Assembly (NCBI GenBank): GCA_910587325.1
Contig: CAJUKB010000006.1
Coordinates: 831-64,830 of the forward strand
Source of the DNA: an uncultured Bacilli bacterium
GTDB taxonomy: Bacteria; Bacillota_I; Bacilli_A; RF39; UBA660
DNA length: 64,000 bases
Reading direction: 5' to 3'
Position numbers and translations under genes: made by a program. The notes below the pieces were generated by a model. The model did no database searches, was not told where the DNA came from, and was given only the letters and a program-made list of their open reading frames with translations. This document shows, one piece after another, positions 50,452-60,858 of the stretch (its first letter is position 1; every line of letters starts with the position of its first letter).

Positions 50452-52338
50452 TTATTTATTATTTTTATCAATTTTAATAGTAATATGATAGATATCTTCT
50501 AAATCCGCTTCTTCGCATTCTACTACAAATCCACGTCTTTCTAAGTCAACTATTGTATCTCTTACTACATTAATTGCTGTTTTTAAATCACGTCCAGCTA
50601 GTTCTTCTTGTCTTTGTTGATAATCAGGTTCTAAAGTAACAATACTATCAAGAGGGTCTACTAAAGGTTCTTCGATAACAGGTTCTACTTCTTCTATAGT
50701 GTTGTTGATAATTGGAGTTTCAACAGGAGTACTTGCTTCTTCATCATCTTCATCACTATTAAAGAATATAGATTTAAAAGGTTTTAACTCTTCAGTTGTT
50801 GGTTCTTCCACAATTTGGTCGTTAGTTATTTCTACAATCGGTTCTTCTATAATAGAAGTATTTAAACTTTCTTCTTGTGGTGCTACTACTAGATTTGGTT
50901 CTGTAGCTTGTTCTTCAATAACAATAGGAGTTTCTGTAGAAATTGGTTCTATAATTGGGGATGTTACTTCTTGATTTTCTTCTATTACAGGAACATTATT
51001 CTCTTCTTTTTTTGGTTCTTCCATATAAATTGGTTCAATTAAAGATTCTAAAGAAATTTCTTCATTTACATTTTCAACTGGTGTAGTTTCTTCTATAGAA
51101 GTTGTTTTTTCATCTAGTGTACTTTCTTTTTCTGCTTCTACTTGCGGTTGTTCTAGAGTAGTTGGAATTACAGATTCTAAAATGGTAGAAGTTTTTTCTT
51201 GTGGTTCGACGATTTGTTCTGTTAAATTTGTTTCTTTTACTTCGGGATTCAATTCTTCTAGTAATTCTATAGTATCAAAATCATTGTTTGTTTCTTCTAC
51301 AATAGGTTTTACTTCTTCTATAATAGGAATTTCTGTCATGTTTTCTAAAGAAGGAGTAGTTGATTGTTCTTCTTTTTGGCTTTCCATTTCTTTTGATTCA
51401 TTTGTACTTTCTTCAATACTTGGTTCTAGAATAGGAGTAGAAGTGAAAGTATTTAAGATTTCCTCCGGCTCTATAACACTCATATTGGCTTGTTCATCTT
51501 CTAAAAAGTTAAAGAATTTATTAGGAGATTTTACAGGTTCTTTTGTTTCTTCTAGTGGTATTCCACCTTCAGGTATTAACATACTAGCAACATCATGAGG
51601 AGCACGTTCTACATGAATATCTTCTGCGTGTGTTACAATTTCATCTAAATTTGGATTGATGTTTACAAGAGGAATTCCTTCTTCTTCCTCTCCACCATTT
51701 TCTTGTAGTTTTTTAAGTTCTAAATCAAGTTGTCTTACGGTTAATCTTTCTTCCATAACACGTTTTAACCATTTCTTTTGGTCTTCATGAGATTCTAAAG
51801 TAAGAAGTGCTCTTGCATGTCTTTCACTAATTTTTTCGTTTAATAATGCTTCTTGTACTTCTTCATCTAAATTTAAAAGACGAAGTTTATTGGCAATAGA
51901 ACTTTGAGAAACTCCCATTTTATTTGCAAGTTGTTCTTGCGTTAAATAGCCTCTATCTAATAAATTTTTATAAGATTTTGCTTCTTCTATTGCGGTTAAA
52001 TTTCTTCTTTGAATATTTTCCACTAGAGCCACCTCTGCACTTTTATTATCATCAATATCGGAGATGATTACCGGCACTTTTGCAAGTCCTGCCATAGTAG
52101 ATGCTTTGTATCTTCTCTCACCTGCAATAATTTCGTATTTATCTCCTAATTGTCTTACTACAAGGGGTTGAATAATCCCATGTTGTTTAATTGATTCTGC
52201 AAGTTCATTGATTCCTTCTTCATTGAATGCAAGTCGTGGTTGAAAACGATTGGGAATAATATCCTCAATCGGTACTTCTAGAATATTTTTATCGATATTC
52301 ATACTAATCAGCCCCTTTAGCCTATTATTACTATACAT
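50452..52338 (-). CDS. ParB/Noc-family protein with a ~350-aa acidic Pro/Glu/Thr-rich disordered insertion
   Basis: N-terminal ParB domain (GERRYKA, HTH LTQEQLANKMGVSQSSIANKLRLL). Long repetitive EEP(I/V)VE region. Short C-terminal dimerisation-like segment. Directly downstream of rsmG with no parA between. Confidence 0.8.
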   Translation of the reverse strand: MYSNNRLKGLISMNIDKNILEVPIEDIIPNRFQPRLAFNEEGINELAESIKQHGIIQPLVVRQLGDKYEIIAGERRYKASTMAGLAKVPVIISDIDDNKSAEVALVENIQRRNLTAIEEAKSYKNLLDRGYLTQEQLANKMGVSQSSIANKLRLLNLDEEVQEALLNEKISERHARALLTLESHEDQKKWLKRVMEERLTVRQLDLELKKLQENGGEEEEGIPLVNINPNLDEIVTHAEDIHVERAPHDVASMLIPEGGIPLEETKEPVKSPNKFFNFLEDEQANMSVIEPEEILNTFTSTPILEPSIEESTNESKEMESQKEEQSTTPSLENMTEIPIIEEVKPIVEETNNDFDTIELLEELNPEVKETNLTEQIVEPQEKTSTILESVIPTTLEQPQVEAEKESTLDEKTTSIEETTPVENVNEEISLESLIEPIYMEEPKKEENNVPVIEENQEVTSPIIEPISTETPIVIEEQATEPNLVVAPQEESLNTSIIEEPIVEITNDQIVEEPTTEELKPFKSIFFNSDEDDEEASTPVETPIINNTIEEVEPVIEEPLVDPLDSIVTLEPDYQQRQEELAGRDLKTAINVVRDTIVDLERRGFVVECEEADLEDIYHITIKIDKNNK

Positions 52339-53060
52339 TATTTGTTTTCATTTTTCAATGGTTTCTTACAAATTTTGTCATAACTTCGTGGATAAATTTC
52401 ACTCGTTGTAGCAAAATGTTCTACTTCTAAAATTGTTCTTTTGCTGTTTTCTATTGGTAAACAAAATGCAATCGTTTTTATGAGTTTTCCATTTAATACT
52501 TGGAGAGCTTCTAAAAATAAAGGCATCTCTTCTTGAACGTTTGCTTTTAAAGGGATAAACTTTCCACCAATTTTTAAAGCAGGTAGAGACATTTCTGCTA
52601 AAATCCTTAACTCTGCAACAGCACGTGAAGTAACAATATCAAATTCTTCTTTATGAATACGCACATATTCTTCTGCTCGAGCATGGATAATTTCTATGTT
52701 ATTTAAATTTAATTTTTCTTTTAAAAACTTTAAAAAAGTGGTTTTTTTATTATTCGAGTCGAGTAAAGTAAAATAACTATCCTTATTTAGTATGGCAAGA
52801 ACCATGCCAGGAAATCCTGCTCCTGTTCCAATATCTAAAACTTTCATATTCTTATTTATATATTGATTCATTGTTAGCGAATCATAAAAGTGTTTTAAAT
52901 AGATACCACTTTCTTCTTTGATTGACGTAAGGTTTGTATGGGTATTGTATTCTATTAAAAATTCTTTATAGATTTCTAATTGGTTTATTTGTTCTTCTGT
53001 GAGTGTAATATTTATTTTTGCTAACTCACTTATAAATTGTTCTTTATTCATTTTTTCCAT
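52338..53060 (-). CDS. rsmG: 16S rRNA (guanine527-N7)-methyltransferase
   Basis: SAM motif VLDIGTGAGFPGMVLAI. GidB family size and position next to mnmG. Confidence 0.9.
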   Translation of the reverse strand: MEKMNKEQFISELAKINITLTEEQINQLEIYKEFLIEYNTHTNLTSIKEESGIYLKHFYDSLTMNQYINKNMKVLDIGTGAGFPGMVLAILNKDSYFTLLDSNNKKTTFLKFLKEKLNLNNIEIIHARAEEYVRIHKEEFDIVTSRAVAELRILAEMSLPALKIGGKFIPLKANVQEEMPLFLEALQVLNGKLIKTIAFCLPIENSKRTILEVEHFATTSEIYPRSYDKICKKPLKNENK

Positions 53061-54909
53061 ATTCCTTTTTTAAGTAAATCGCAAGTATGGAAATATCTGC
53101 AGGATTTACACCACTAATTCTTGATGCTTGTCCAATAGATAGAGGGCGAATGGTTTCTAATTTTTGTCTTGCTTCACTTGCTAAGTTTTTTACATTTTTA
53201 TAATCGATGTCTTTTGGAATTTGTTTTTCTTCTAGTTTTAACATTCTTTCAATTTCTTTTTCGGTCTTTTTAATATATCCTTCATATTTAATATCAATAC
53301 TGACTATTTCTTTTATATCCAATGAAAAGGGGATAAGGATAAATTCATTTAAAAAATCTAAGGTGATTTCCGGTCTTTTCAATAATTCGAGAAAATAGGT
53401 TTTGTTAATTGGTAAAGAGAAGTTATTTTCTTCAAAAATAGTTTTCACTTCTTCTGTTACTTCTAATTTAGTATTTTTTAAGAAATTTTTTAATTCTTCT
53501 ATTTCTTTTAAACGATTTTGATAATTTTTATACATCTCTTCAGTGATAGTCCCTAATTTATGTCCATATTCACGAAGACGAATATCGGCGTTGTCATGAC
53601 GTAGAAGAAGCCTGTATTCAGCACGAGAAGTTAACATACGATAGGGCTCATTTGTACCTTTTGTTACTAAATCATCAATTAATACTCCTAAGTAAGATTC
53701 ATTTCTTTTTAAGATAAATGGCTCTTTTTCTTCTAATTTTAGCACTGCATTGATTCCAGCGATTAATCCTTGCCCTGCGGCTTCTTCATAGCCACTTGTG
53801 CCATTAATTTGTCCTGCGGTGAATAAATTTTCTATTACTTTCGTTTCAAGAGATGGTTTTAGTTGGAGTGGATCTATTGCATCATATTCGATTGCATAGG
53901 CATATTTTGTAATAATAGCCTTTTCAAGTCCTTTTAAACTATGCACCATTTGTTCTTGAACGTCCTCAGGCATTGAAGTAGAAAAACCTTGGATATACCA
54001 CTCATCATAAAACATACTTTCTGGTTCTAAGAAAAGTTGATGTCTTTCCTTATCTTTAAAACGAACAATCTTGTCTTCAATAGAAGGGCAGTATCTTGGA
54101 CCTACACCTGTAACATATCCACCATACATACTTGATTTATCTAAATTTTCCATAATAATTTGGTGGGTTTTCTCATTTGTGTAGATAAGATAACATTTTT
54201 GTTGTTCTTCTATTTTATATTTTGGTTTATCGTCATGGGAGAAGGTATAGAAAACATTGTCACCATATTCAGGGGAACATACGGAAAAATCAATGGATTC
54301 TGCTTTTATCCTTGGAGGTGTTCCTGTTTTAAGTCTTTGAATAGTAAATCCTAGTTTTTTTAGATTATCACTTAAAAAGTTGCTTCTTGCTTCTCCATGT
54401 GGACCACCTTCGGTACTTATTGCACCTCTTAAAATATTGCTTTTTAAATAGGTTCCTGTTGTTAGAATAAGTGCATCACATAAAATTTCTTCGTTATTGG
54501 AAGTAACAATTCCTTTTATTTTATTATTCTCTACTAAGATATTTTCTATAGTTGCTTCCATAAAGTTTAAGTTTTCTGTCTCTTCTAAACGCTTTAACAT
54601 ATTTTTAGGGTAAGTTGTTTTATCTGCTTGGCAACGAAGAGAACGAACAGCAGGACCTTTTTTACTGTTTAACATCTTGATTTGAAAATGACTTTCATCT
54701 GCTACTTTTCCCATCAACCCACCTAATGCGTCAATATCACGAACAATGACACCTTTTGCCGTTCCACCAATGGAAGGATTACAAGGCATATCGGCGATAT
54801 TTTTTTTATTCATGGTAATTAATAGTGTTTTTTTACCCATAAAGGCCGTTATATGTGCGGCTTCACAACCGGCATGGCCTCCGCCAACAACTATACAATC
54901 ATATTTCAT
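53044..54909 (-). CDS. mnmG: tRNA uridine 5-carboxymethylaminomethyl modification enzyme MnmG (GidA)
   Basis: FAD motif YDCIVVGGGHAGCEAA. 621 aa. Conserved throughout. Confidence 0.95.
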   Translation of the reverse strand: MKYDCIVVGGGHAGCEAAHITAFMGKKTLLITMNKKNIADMPCNPSIGGTAKGVIVRDIDALGGLMGKVADESHFQIKMLNSKKGPAVRSLRCQADKTTYPKNMLKRLEETENLNFMEATIENILVENNKIKGIVTSNNEEILCDALILTTGTYLKSNILRGAISTEGGPHGEARSNFLSDNLKKLGFTIQRLKTGTPPRIKAESIDFSVCSPEYGDNVFYTFSHDDKPKYKIEEQQKCYLIYTNEKTHQIIMENLDKSSMYGGYVTGVGPRYCPSIEDKIVRFKDKERHQLFLEPESMFYDEWYIQGFSTSMPEDVQEQMVHSLKGLEKAIITKYAYAIEYDAIDPLQLKPSLETKVIENLFTAGQINGTSGYEEAAGQGLIAGINAVLKLEEKEPFILKRNESYLGVLIDDLVTKGTNEPYRMLTSRAEYRLLLRHDNADIRLREYGHKLGTITEEMYKNYQNRLKEIEELKNFLKNTKLEVTEEVKTIFEENNFSLPINKTYFLELLKRPEITLDFLNEFILIPFSLDIKEIVSIDIKYEGYIKKTEKEIERMLKLEEKQIPKDIDYKNVKNLASEARQKLETIRPLSIGQASRISGVNPADISILAIYLKKEYGKNE

Positions 54910-54955
54910 TTTTAACCTCCTTATATTTTTTCTTCTATTTTGTATTAAATCTATG

Positions 54956-55612
54956 TTATCTTTTAAATTCTTTTATTTCGATATCATCACAAGGTGGAAA
55001 TATAATTTTACTTAACAATAAATTATCATTTGCTTCTATTTCTTTTTCTGTTCGTTTATCAATTTTTATGTTTAACATTTCCTCAAAATTATTTTCTAAA
55101 AAGTAAGAAGCAATATCTTTTGTCCACATTCCTGATTTTTGTAGTTTTTCTACTAATTCTATATATTTTCTAAATTCTTCCTTTTCATTTGCTCTTTCTT
55201 CTCCTTCCACAGGATTCATAGAAATATTTACTATATACTGTGGTAAAAATTCTTCTGTAGGAATTGCATATTCTGGAAGAGGAAGGCCCTTTCCTTTATA
55301 CGTATAAAATCCAAAACCAATATATTTTTCTAAAATTTCTTCTGGGATATTTGCAATCATATATAACATATAATTATCATTTTCTTTTTCATAACTACCA
55401 TCTTTTCCTAAATGAAAATAATATCTAGCAAATTCAGCATATCTAAAAAAATGAATGTAATCCTTATCTTCTTGATATTTATGTGTATTTATTCTATTAT
55501 TACTTAATTTTTCATTTTTTTGATTTGTAAATTTATTAATTACTTCTTGCAGTTTAATACAACGATATACTCTCACTTGGAAAACCTCCATTTCTCCTAT
55601 TTTCCTAAACAA
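54956..55612 (-). CDS. Hypothetical protein inserted between mnmE and mnmG
   Basis: 218-aa ORF. Overlaps the mnmE stop. No motifs. Confidence 0.5.
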   Translation of the reverse strand: MFRKIGEMEVFQVRVYRCIKLQEVINKFTNQKNEKLSNNRINTHKYQEDKDYIHFFRYAEFARYYFHLGKDGSYEKENDNYMLYMIANIPEEILEKYIGFGFYTYKGKGLPLPEYAIPTEEFLPQYIVNISMNPVEGEERANEKEEFRKYIELVEKLQKSGMWTKDIASYFLENNFEEMLNIKIDKRTEKEIEANDNLLLSKIIFPPCDDIEIKEFKR

Positions 55613-56946
55613 AAATTCTTAAACAATTTATCAATTAGTTCGTCTTCATATGTTTCTCCAATTAGAATACCAAGTTTATCAAAGACATTTCTTAAATGAA
55701 TTTCTAACATATCTACAGGGATATCACTTTCAATATCTTTTAGTACTTGTTTTATACTATTTAAAGATTCTGTTACTAGAGTGATTTGTCTCACATTAGA
55801 AAGATACGTTAAATCTTTGTCTTCTATTTTATCTAACTCATACATTTCTATTATTTTTTGTTTTAGTTCTTCAAGGCCATTTAAATCTTTAGTATTTCCT
55901 TTAACTATGTTTAAATTGTCTGGTAGTTTTATTTTTTGTTCTAAATCTGTTTTGTTAAGAAAAATTAAATTTGTTTTATTTTTTATTTGTTCTAAAAGTT
56001 CTAAGTCATCATTTGTTAATTCTTCATTGTTATTTAATACAAGGATAACTAAATCTGCTTTGTCTATAATTTTTTTGCTTTTATCTACACCAATTTTTTC
56101 TACTACATCTTCAGTTTCTCTTATTCCTGCTGTGTCAATTAAGTTTATTTCAATACCATTTAAGTTCATTTTAGCTTCAATTATATCTCTTGTTGTTCCC
56201 GAAATATCGGTGACAATAGCTTTATCTTCATTCAGTAATGCATTTAAAATACTACTTTTTCCTACATTTGGTCTTCCGACTAATGCAACATCAATTCCTG
56301 ATTTAATGATACGTCCAACTTTAGAATTTGAAAGTAATAGTTCTAAGTCTTGTTTCATACTATTTACTTTTTCTTTTAAAAATTCGTGTGTTACTTCGAT
56401 TGCATCGTCGTATTCTGGATAGTCAATGTTGACTTCAATGTTGGCAATCACATCTAAAATTTTATCTCGAATGTTTCTTACTAGTTCCGTTAGTCTGCCA
56501 TTCACTCCATTTAGTGCCATTTTTCTTTGGGTTTCACTTTTGGATTCAATTAAATCACTAACACTTTCTGCTTCAAGTAAACTAATACGTCCATTTAAGA
56601 AAGCGCGTTTGGTAAATTCTCCGGGTTCAGCAAGACGTGCTCCACTACTTATTAACAATTCTAAAATACGATTTGTAGTTGCAATACTTCCATGGCAGTT
56701 AATTTCTACAATATCTTCTGTCGTAAATGTTTTTGGAGATAACATCACCATTACTAAAACTTCGTCGATTTCTTCATTTCCATCGATGATATAACCATAA
56801 TGTATCGTATGAGAATTTACTTGGGTTAAATCTTTTCCTTTAAAGATATTGTTTACTAAATTAAGTGCATCTTTTCCACTTACTCTTATAATAGAGATTG
56901 CTCCTTTACCTAAAGATGTTGATATTGCCACAATTGTATCTTCCAT
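55597..56946 (-). CDS. mnmE: tRNA modification GTPase MnmE (TrmE)
   Basis: G1 GRPNVGKSSILNAL. G3 DTAGIRE. G4 NKTD. C-terminal CLGK. Confidence 0.95.
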   Translation of the reverse strand: MEDTIVAISTSLGKGAISIIRVSGKDALNLVNNIFKGKDLTQVNSHTIHYGYIIDGNEEIDEVLVMVMLSPKTFTTEDIVEINCHGSIATTNRILELLISSGARLAEPGEFTKRAFLNGRISLLEAESVSDLIESKSETQRKMALNGVNGRLTELVRNIRDKILDVIANIEVNIDYPEYDDAIEVTHEFLKEKVNSMKQDLELLLSNSKVGRIIKSGIDVALVGRPNVGKSSILNALLNEDKAIVTDISGTTRDIIEAKMNLNGIEINLIDTAGIRETEDVVEKIGVDKSKKIIDKADLVILVLNNNEELTNDDLELLEQIKNKTNLIFLNKTDLEQKIKLPDNLNIVKGNTKDLNGLEELKQKIIEMYELDKIEDKDLTYLSNVRQITLVTESLNSIKQVLKDIESDIPVDMLEIHLRNVFDKLGILIGETYEDELIDKLFKNFCLGK

Positions 56947-57026
56947 AAATACCCTTCCAATCGACTTGTATTATAGCATAATTTCCTAAATTCTTGTATA
57001 GAATTAGTCTTTATTTCTTTTATAGG

Positions 57027-57908
57027 TTATTTTAAATACATTCCTAAATATCGTCTTTGGCTTTCTTCTTTTGTTTTATAATAATTGTAAACTTCTTCAA
57101 AGGCTGTACAATTTTGATTAAACTGATAAAATTCACATATCTCTTCCCAAGTTGTACTCATCTTTGTTTCTAATAAAGAAGATAAAAAGTTTGCAAAATA
57201 AGAATATTGTTTTATTAAAGTTTTTATATTTCTATCGGTAATTCTTAAGATAACACCTTGTAACTCCAAACCACTTTTTTCCTCTATTTTAGGAATACAA
57301 TTAGAAAAATCATAAAGAGGTGCCAAATCGATATATTTTGTTGTTTCTCTTTCTTCAAATTGTAAATTAGCACTTTTTCTATCTTTTTGTAACATATAAA
57401 CATCTAATGCTAACATTTCCAAAATATGTTTTGTTAAAATTTTTCTATTTTCATCACTAACACATAATAATTTTAAATTTTCAATATTTTCTACACGAAA
57501 TGGAGCATAACTTAGATTCGTATAATTCTCATAAATGTCATAATACTGTTTGCCAAAATAATAATGAAAACCACTTTGCTTAAAATTTTTAGAAGCAAGG
57601 CCAATTTTTTTATTTTTAACTCTTGCTAAAAAATAAGAGACCACTTTCATATTCATTTTATGCGCTAAAAAACTACCCATTAATTCGTCCATCAAATAAA
57701 ATGGGTATCCTAAATTCTCCTCTTCTTCCTTAAAATAATACCAACTATTATTCATGAAATACATCATTTTCATATAGTCGTCTTGTTTTTCTAAATCCAC
57801 ATTATTAGTTCCTAAAATTTCTTTTTTCTCTTCTTTTGAAACAGAATAATCATTGGAAAGTTTTATTATAGGTGTATTTTCGGTAATTAAATTTTTTAAA
57901 TATAACAT
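57027..57908 (-). CDS. Hypothetical protein (inserted between jag and mnmE)
   Basis: 293-aa ORF, no motifs. Divergent from 58239..59261. Confidence 0.5.
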   Translation of the reverse strand: MLYLKNLITENTPIIKLSNDYSVSKEEKKEILGTNNVDLEKQDDYMKMMYFMNNSWYYFKEEEENLGYPFYLMDELMGSFLAHKMNMKVVSYFLARVKNKKIGLASKNFKQSGFHYYFGKQYYDIYENYTNLSYAPFRVENIENLKLLCVSDENRKILTKHILEMLALDVYMLQKDRKSANLQFEERETTKYIDLAPLYDFSNCIPKIEEKSGLELQGVILRITDRNIKTLIKQYSYFANFLSSLLETKMSTTWEEICEFYQFNQNCTAFEEVYNYYKTKEESQRRYLGMYLK

Positions 57909-58238
57909 ACTAGTCCTTCCCCTTTGATTGCATTTATTATATAGAATCTTTTTAAAATAGCAAGAAAAATTTGCAATTATTTAAAATAATTTATACCTTA
58001 TCGGTTATATTCAGATATTTAATATTTATATTTTACACCTTATAAGGTATATTCAACCTTATTTTTGTTTTCATTTTACCCGAAAGATGTAATATGAAAA
58101 CAATTGAAATTTATATTTAAGTACAAAAATATAAACAAAAAGAGGCTTTAGAAAAACTTATTAAAGGAAGAATAAATGTATTAAAATAAATTACTTTATG
58201 GTATACTTAAGCTATAATGAAGGAGGGTTTTAGTTGTA

Positions 58239-59261
58239 ATGAAGTACATAAGACCATGTGAAATAATACATAATAAAGAATTTTTAAGGGAACCAGTGCA
58301 TGATACATTTAAAGAAATAAAACGTCTTTCTTCTTCTAAAATTATTTTAAGAGGAGAAGGAACAGGAAGAAGTACACTTTTAAATTATATGGAATCTAAA
58401 AAAGCAAATACAAAACAACCTTTTATTCGTTTAAGTTTTGATTCTGCAGGACTTGGTATTGAAGAGAATGAAATATTTACAAAAGAATTCTTTGAACATT
58501 ATTGGGAACTAAAATTTTCAAGAAACTTGCTTGGGTATATCAAAGATTACTATGAAATGACTTATTATAGCGATTTTATAAAATATAGTGATTTTGTATA
58601 TAACCATCTTAAACAAACAATTAAATTTATTAATGAATCTTTATATAAAGAAGAACAATATTCTTCTAAAATTTTTAGTAAGAAAGAAATTACAGGAGAA
58701 GTTTTAGATAAATTTAAAAAAAGTATGAATATTGAATCAGTAGAGCTTGGAATCGATTCTTTTGACTATATCAACAATAGTGACGAGTTAACACAAAAAA
58801 TAGTAAGTACTTATTTTGATTTATTTGATAGAACAATTATTGGAGCGGATGATGAGAGTTTACCACAAGTATGGTATAAAACTTATTTTAAAGAGGATAG
58901 TGAACTATATACTTTTCAACCCTTTTCTATTGAATATGGTAAAAATATAGAAGTAATTTATAATATTATAGTGAAGAGAATTGAAGAATATAATAATTCT
59001 TTATATGAAGAAAGCAAAAAGAATAATTGTTTTTATAAACCATTTCCATTAGATTGGTTAGATTACGATACTTTAAATTTATTAGTAACTAGTACAAATG
59101 GAAATATAAGATTGATTTTAGATATTGTAAATGAACTTAATCAATTGTGGGAATTAGATTATATGATAACACAAAGAATGATTGAAAGTTCTATTCAAAA
59201 TGTAACAAAAAAGCAAGTAACAAGAAAACTTCAATATCCACAACCTAAATTACATTTATAA
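58239..59261 (+). CDS. Hypothetical protein with a degenerate P-loop (GEGTGRST)
   Basis: 340 aa. ILRGEGTGRSTLLNY resembles Walker A with Arg in place of Lys. No Walker B identified. Confidence 0.5.
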   Translation: MKYIRPCEIIHNKEFLREPVHDTFKEIKRLSSSKIILRGEGTGRSTLLNYMESKKANTKQPFIRLSFDSAGLGIEENEIFTKEFFEHYWELKFSRNLLGYIKDYYEMTYYSDFIKYSDFVYNHLKQTIKFINESLYKEEQYSSKIFSKKEITGEVLDKFKKSMNIESVELGIDSFDYINNSDELTQKIVSTYFDLFDRTIIGADDESLPQVWYKTYFKEDSELYTFQPFSIEYGKNIEVIYNIIVKRIEEYNNSLYEESKKNNCFYKPFPLDWLDYDTLNLLVTSTNGNIRLILDIVNELNQLWELDYMITQRMIESSIQNVTKKQVTRKLQYPQPKLHL

Positions 59262-59284
59262 TTTGCATTTAAAAACCTACAGGC

Positions 59285-59899
59285 TTAATTATCTGTAGGC
59301 TTTATTATAACATGACGATTTGGTTCTTCGCCTTCGCTAATGGTTTTTACTCCTTTAAAATCTGTTAGTATGTTATGTACAACTCTTCTTTCAAAGGAAT
59401 TCATATTTTCTAAAGTGGCTTCGACTTTTGTACTTCTTACTTCTCTTGCAATCTTTTTGGCCATATATTCTAAATTTTTTATTTTCTTTTCTTTATAGTT
59501 TTCCACATCTAATGAAATACTTACATGCACTCCATAGTCATTTTGCACTTTTTGTTTCACTAATGTTTCTAAAGCTTTTAAAGTTTTTCCATCTTTTCCA
59601 ATTAAAATTGCGTTATTGTCGGCATACATAGAGATATTCATTTTACGTTCTCTAATAGAACTTTCAAATTGTACATCTAATCCAAGATTAATAATCACTT
59701 CTTTTAAAAATTCTTTCACTTGTTCTACTAAGTTAGTAAATGTTGTTGCTTTTATTTTATAAGTAGAGGATTTAAATAACTTTCCGGTAGTTTCTTCCTC
59801 TACATGATATACAATTTCATTTTCACTTGCATTTAGTTTTTCACATGCTAGTCTTACAGCTTCTTCTTTACTCTTTGCTTCTAATTCTACTTCAAACAT
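59285..59899 (-). CDS. khpB: RNA-binding protein Jag/KhpB (Jag_N + KH + R3H)
   Basis: R3H motif region SFERRVVHNILTDFKGVKTISEGEEPNRHVIIKP. Position downstream of yidC. Confidence 0.85.
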   Translation of the reverse strand: MFEVELEAKSKEEAVRLACEKLNASENEIVYHVEEETTGKLFKSSTYKIKATTFTNLVEQVKEFLKEVIINLGLDVQFESSIRERKMNISMYADNNAILIGKDGKTLKALETLVKQKVQNDYGVHVSISLDVENYKEKKIKNLEYMAKKIAREVRSTKVEATLENMNSFERRVVHNILTDFKGVKTISEGEEPNRHVIIKPTDN

Positions 59900-59901
59900 A
59901 A

Positions 59902-60858
59902 CTACTTTCCTCTTTTCTTATTTCCTTCATTTATCTTTTTAAAAATAAAGTTTTGAATAACAACAAATCCATTGGTTACAATCCAATATAAGGCAATGGC
60001 TGTTGGTAAACTAAAGGATGCAACCGAAATCATAATAATCATAAATTTTAAAGTAAATTGCATTTGGCGTTCCATTTCACTATTGGTATTTTGATTATGC
60101 ATTGCATTTTTAAAAGAGAAATACGTTGAGAATATAATAAGAACAATTAAAGCTATATAGATATATTTTCCTTGGCTTATTCCTACCCATGGTGTCATAC
60201 CTAACTTCATTCCAAATAGGCTATCTTCAAATATAGCAGGTACTCGGTTTATGGCTTGTAAGAAAGCAAAGAATAATGGAAGTTGTATAAAAGCAATTAG
60301 ACAACCAGATACTGGATTAATCTTATATTTTTTATAAACAAGCATGGTTTCTTGACTTTTCATCATCATCGAATCACTATCGGTTTTATTTGCGTATTTC
60401 TTTTCAATTTTTTTAATTTCCGGTTGGGCTTTTTTCATATTCTCTGATTGATTCATTGTCTTTTTAGAGAACGGAAGTAATATTAAACGTATTCCTAATC
60501 CTATTAACATTACAGATACTCCAAAATTTTGAATGGCAATACCTAGTTTTAAGATTAACCAAGCAAGTGGTTTTACAAAAATAGATTCCCATAAACTATG
60601 ATATTTGATATCGTTTGGTTTAAATTCTTTACAAGTAGGTAATTCTTCTAATTTAATATTTAATTGATCATTGTATTTTTCATAAACTTCATATAAGGCT
60701 TGTTCTTCTGGCTTACACAAAATATTATTTTGTAAACTCTGTCCTGTACTTTCAAAAGTTACAATTTGTTTTCCTTCTTTTAAATAGGTTTTATTTCCAC
60801 ATCCTGTTGTTAAAAATAAAACAGCTATTAATAATACTATTATTTTTTTTGTTTTCAT
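59902..60858 (-). CDS. yidC: Membrane protein insertase YidC/SpoIIIJ (lipoprotein-type)
   Basis: Lipobox LLIAVLFLTTGCG. Multiple TM helices. Conserved YidC/Oxa1 core. Start set to MKTKK (60858) to avoid overlap with rnpA. Confidence 0.85.
   Translation of the reverse strand: MKTKKIIVLLIAVLFLTTGCGNKTYLKEGKQIVTFESTGQSLQNNILCKPEEQALYEVYEKYNDQLNIKLEELPTCKEFKPNDIKYHSLWESIFVKPLAWLILKLGIAIQNFGVSVMLIGLGIRLILLPFSKKTMNQSENMKKAQPEIKKIEKKYANKTDSDSMMMKSQETMLVYKKYKINPVSGCLIAFIQLPLFFAFLQAINRVPAIFEDSLFGMKLGMTPWVGISQGKYIYIALIVLIIFSTYFSFKNAMHNQNTNSEMERQMQFTLKFMIIMISVASFSLPTAIALYWIVTNGFVVIQNFIFKKINEGNKKRGK

Noticed and set aside
50699-51598. Two plus-strand ORFs (91 and 138 aa) rich in Ser/Gly/Val inside parB
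   Set aside because: Antisense translation of the repetitive E/P/T-rich ParB linker. A compositional artefact.
53207-55106. Several 60-90-aa plus-strand ORFs overlapping mnmG and the downstream hypothetical gene
   Set aside because: Embedded in the conserved mnmG coding region on the opposite strand. Low complexity.
55781-56794. 213- and 122-aa plus-strand ORFs inside mnmE
   Set aside because: Ser/Phe/Leu-rich antisense frames within a highly conserved gene. No start context.
59428-59631. 67-aa plus-strand ORF inside jag
   Set aside because: Antisense within a conserved gene.
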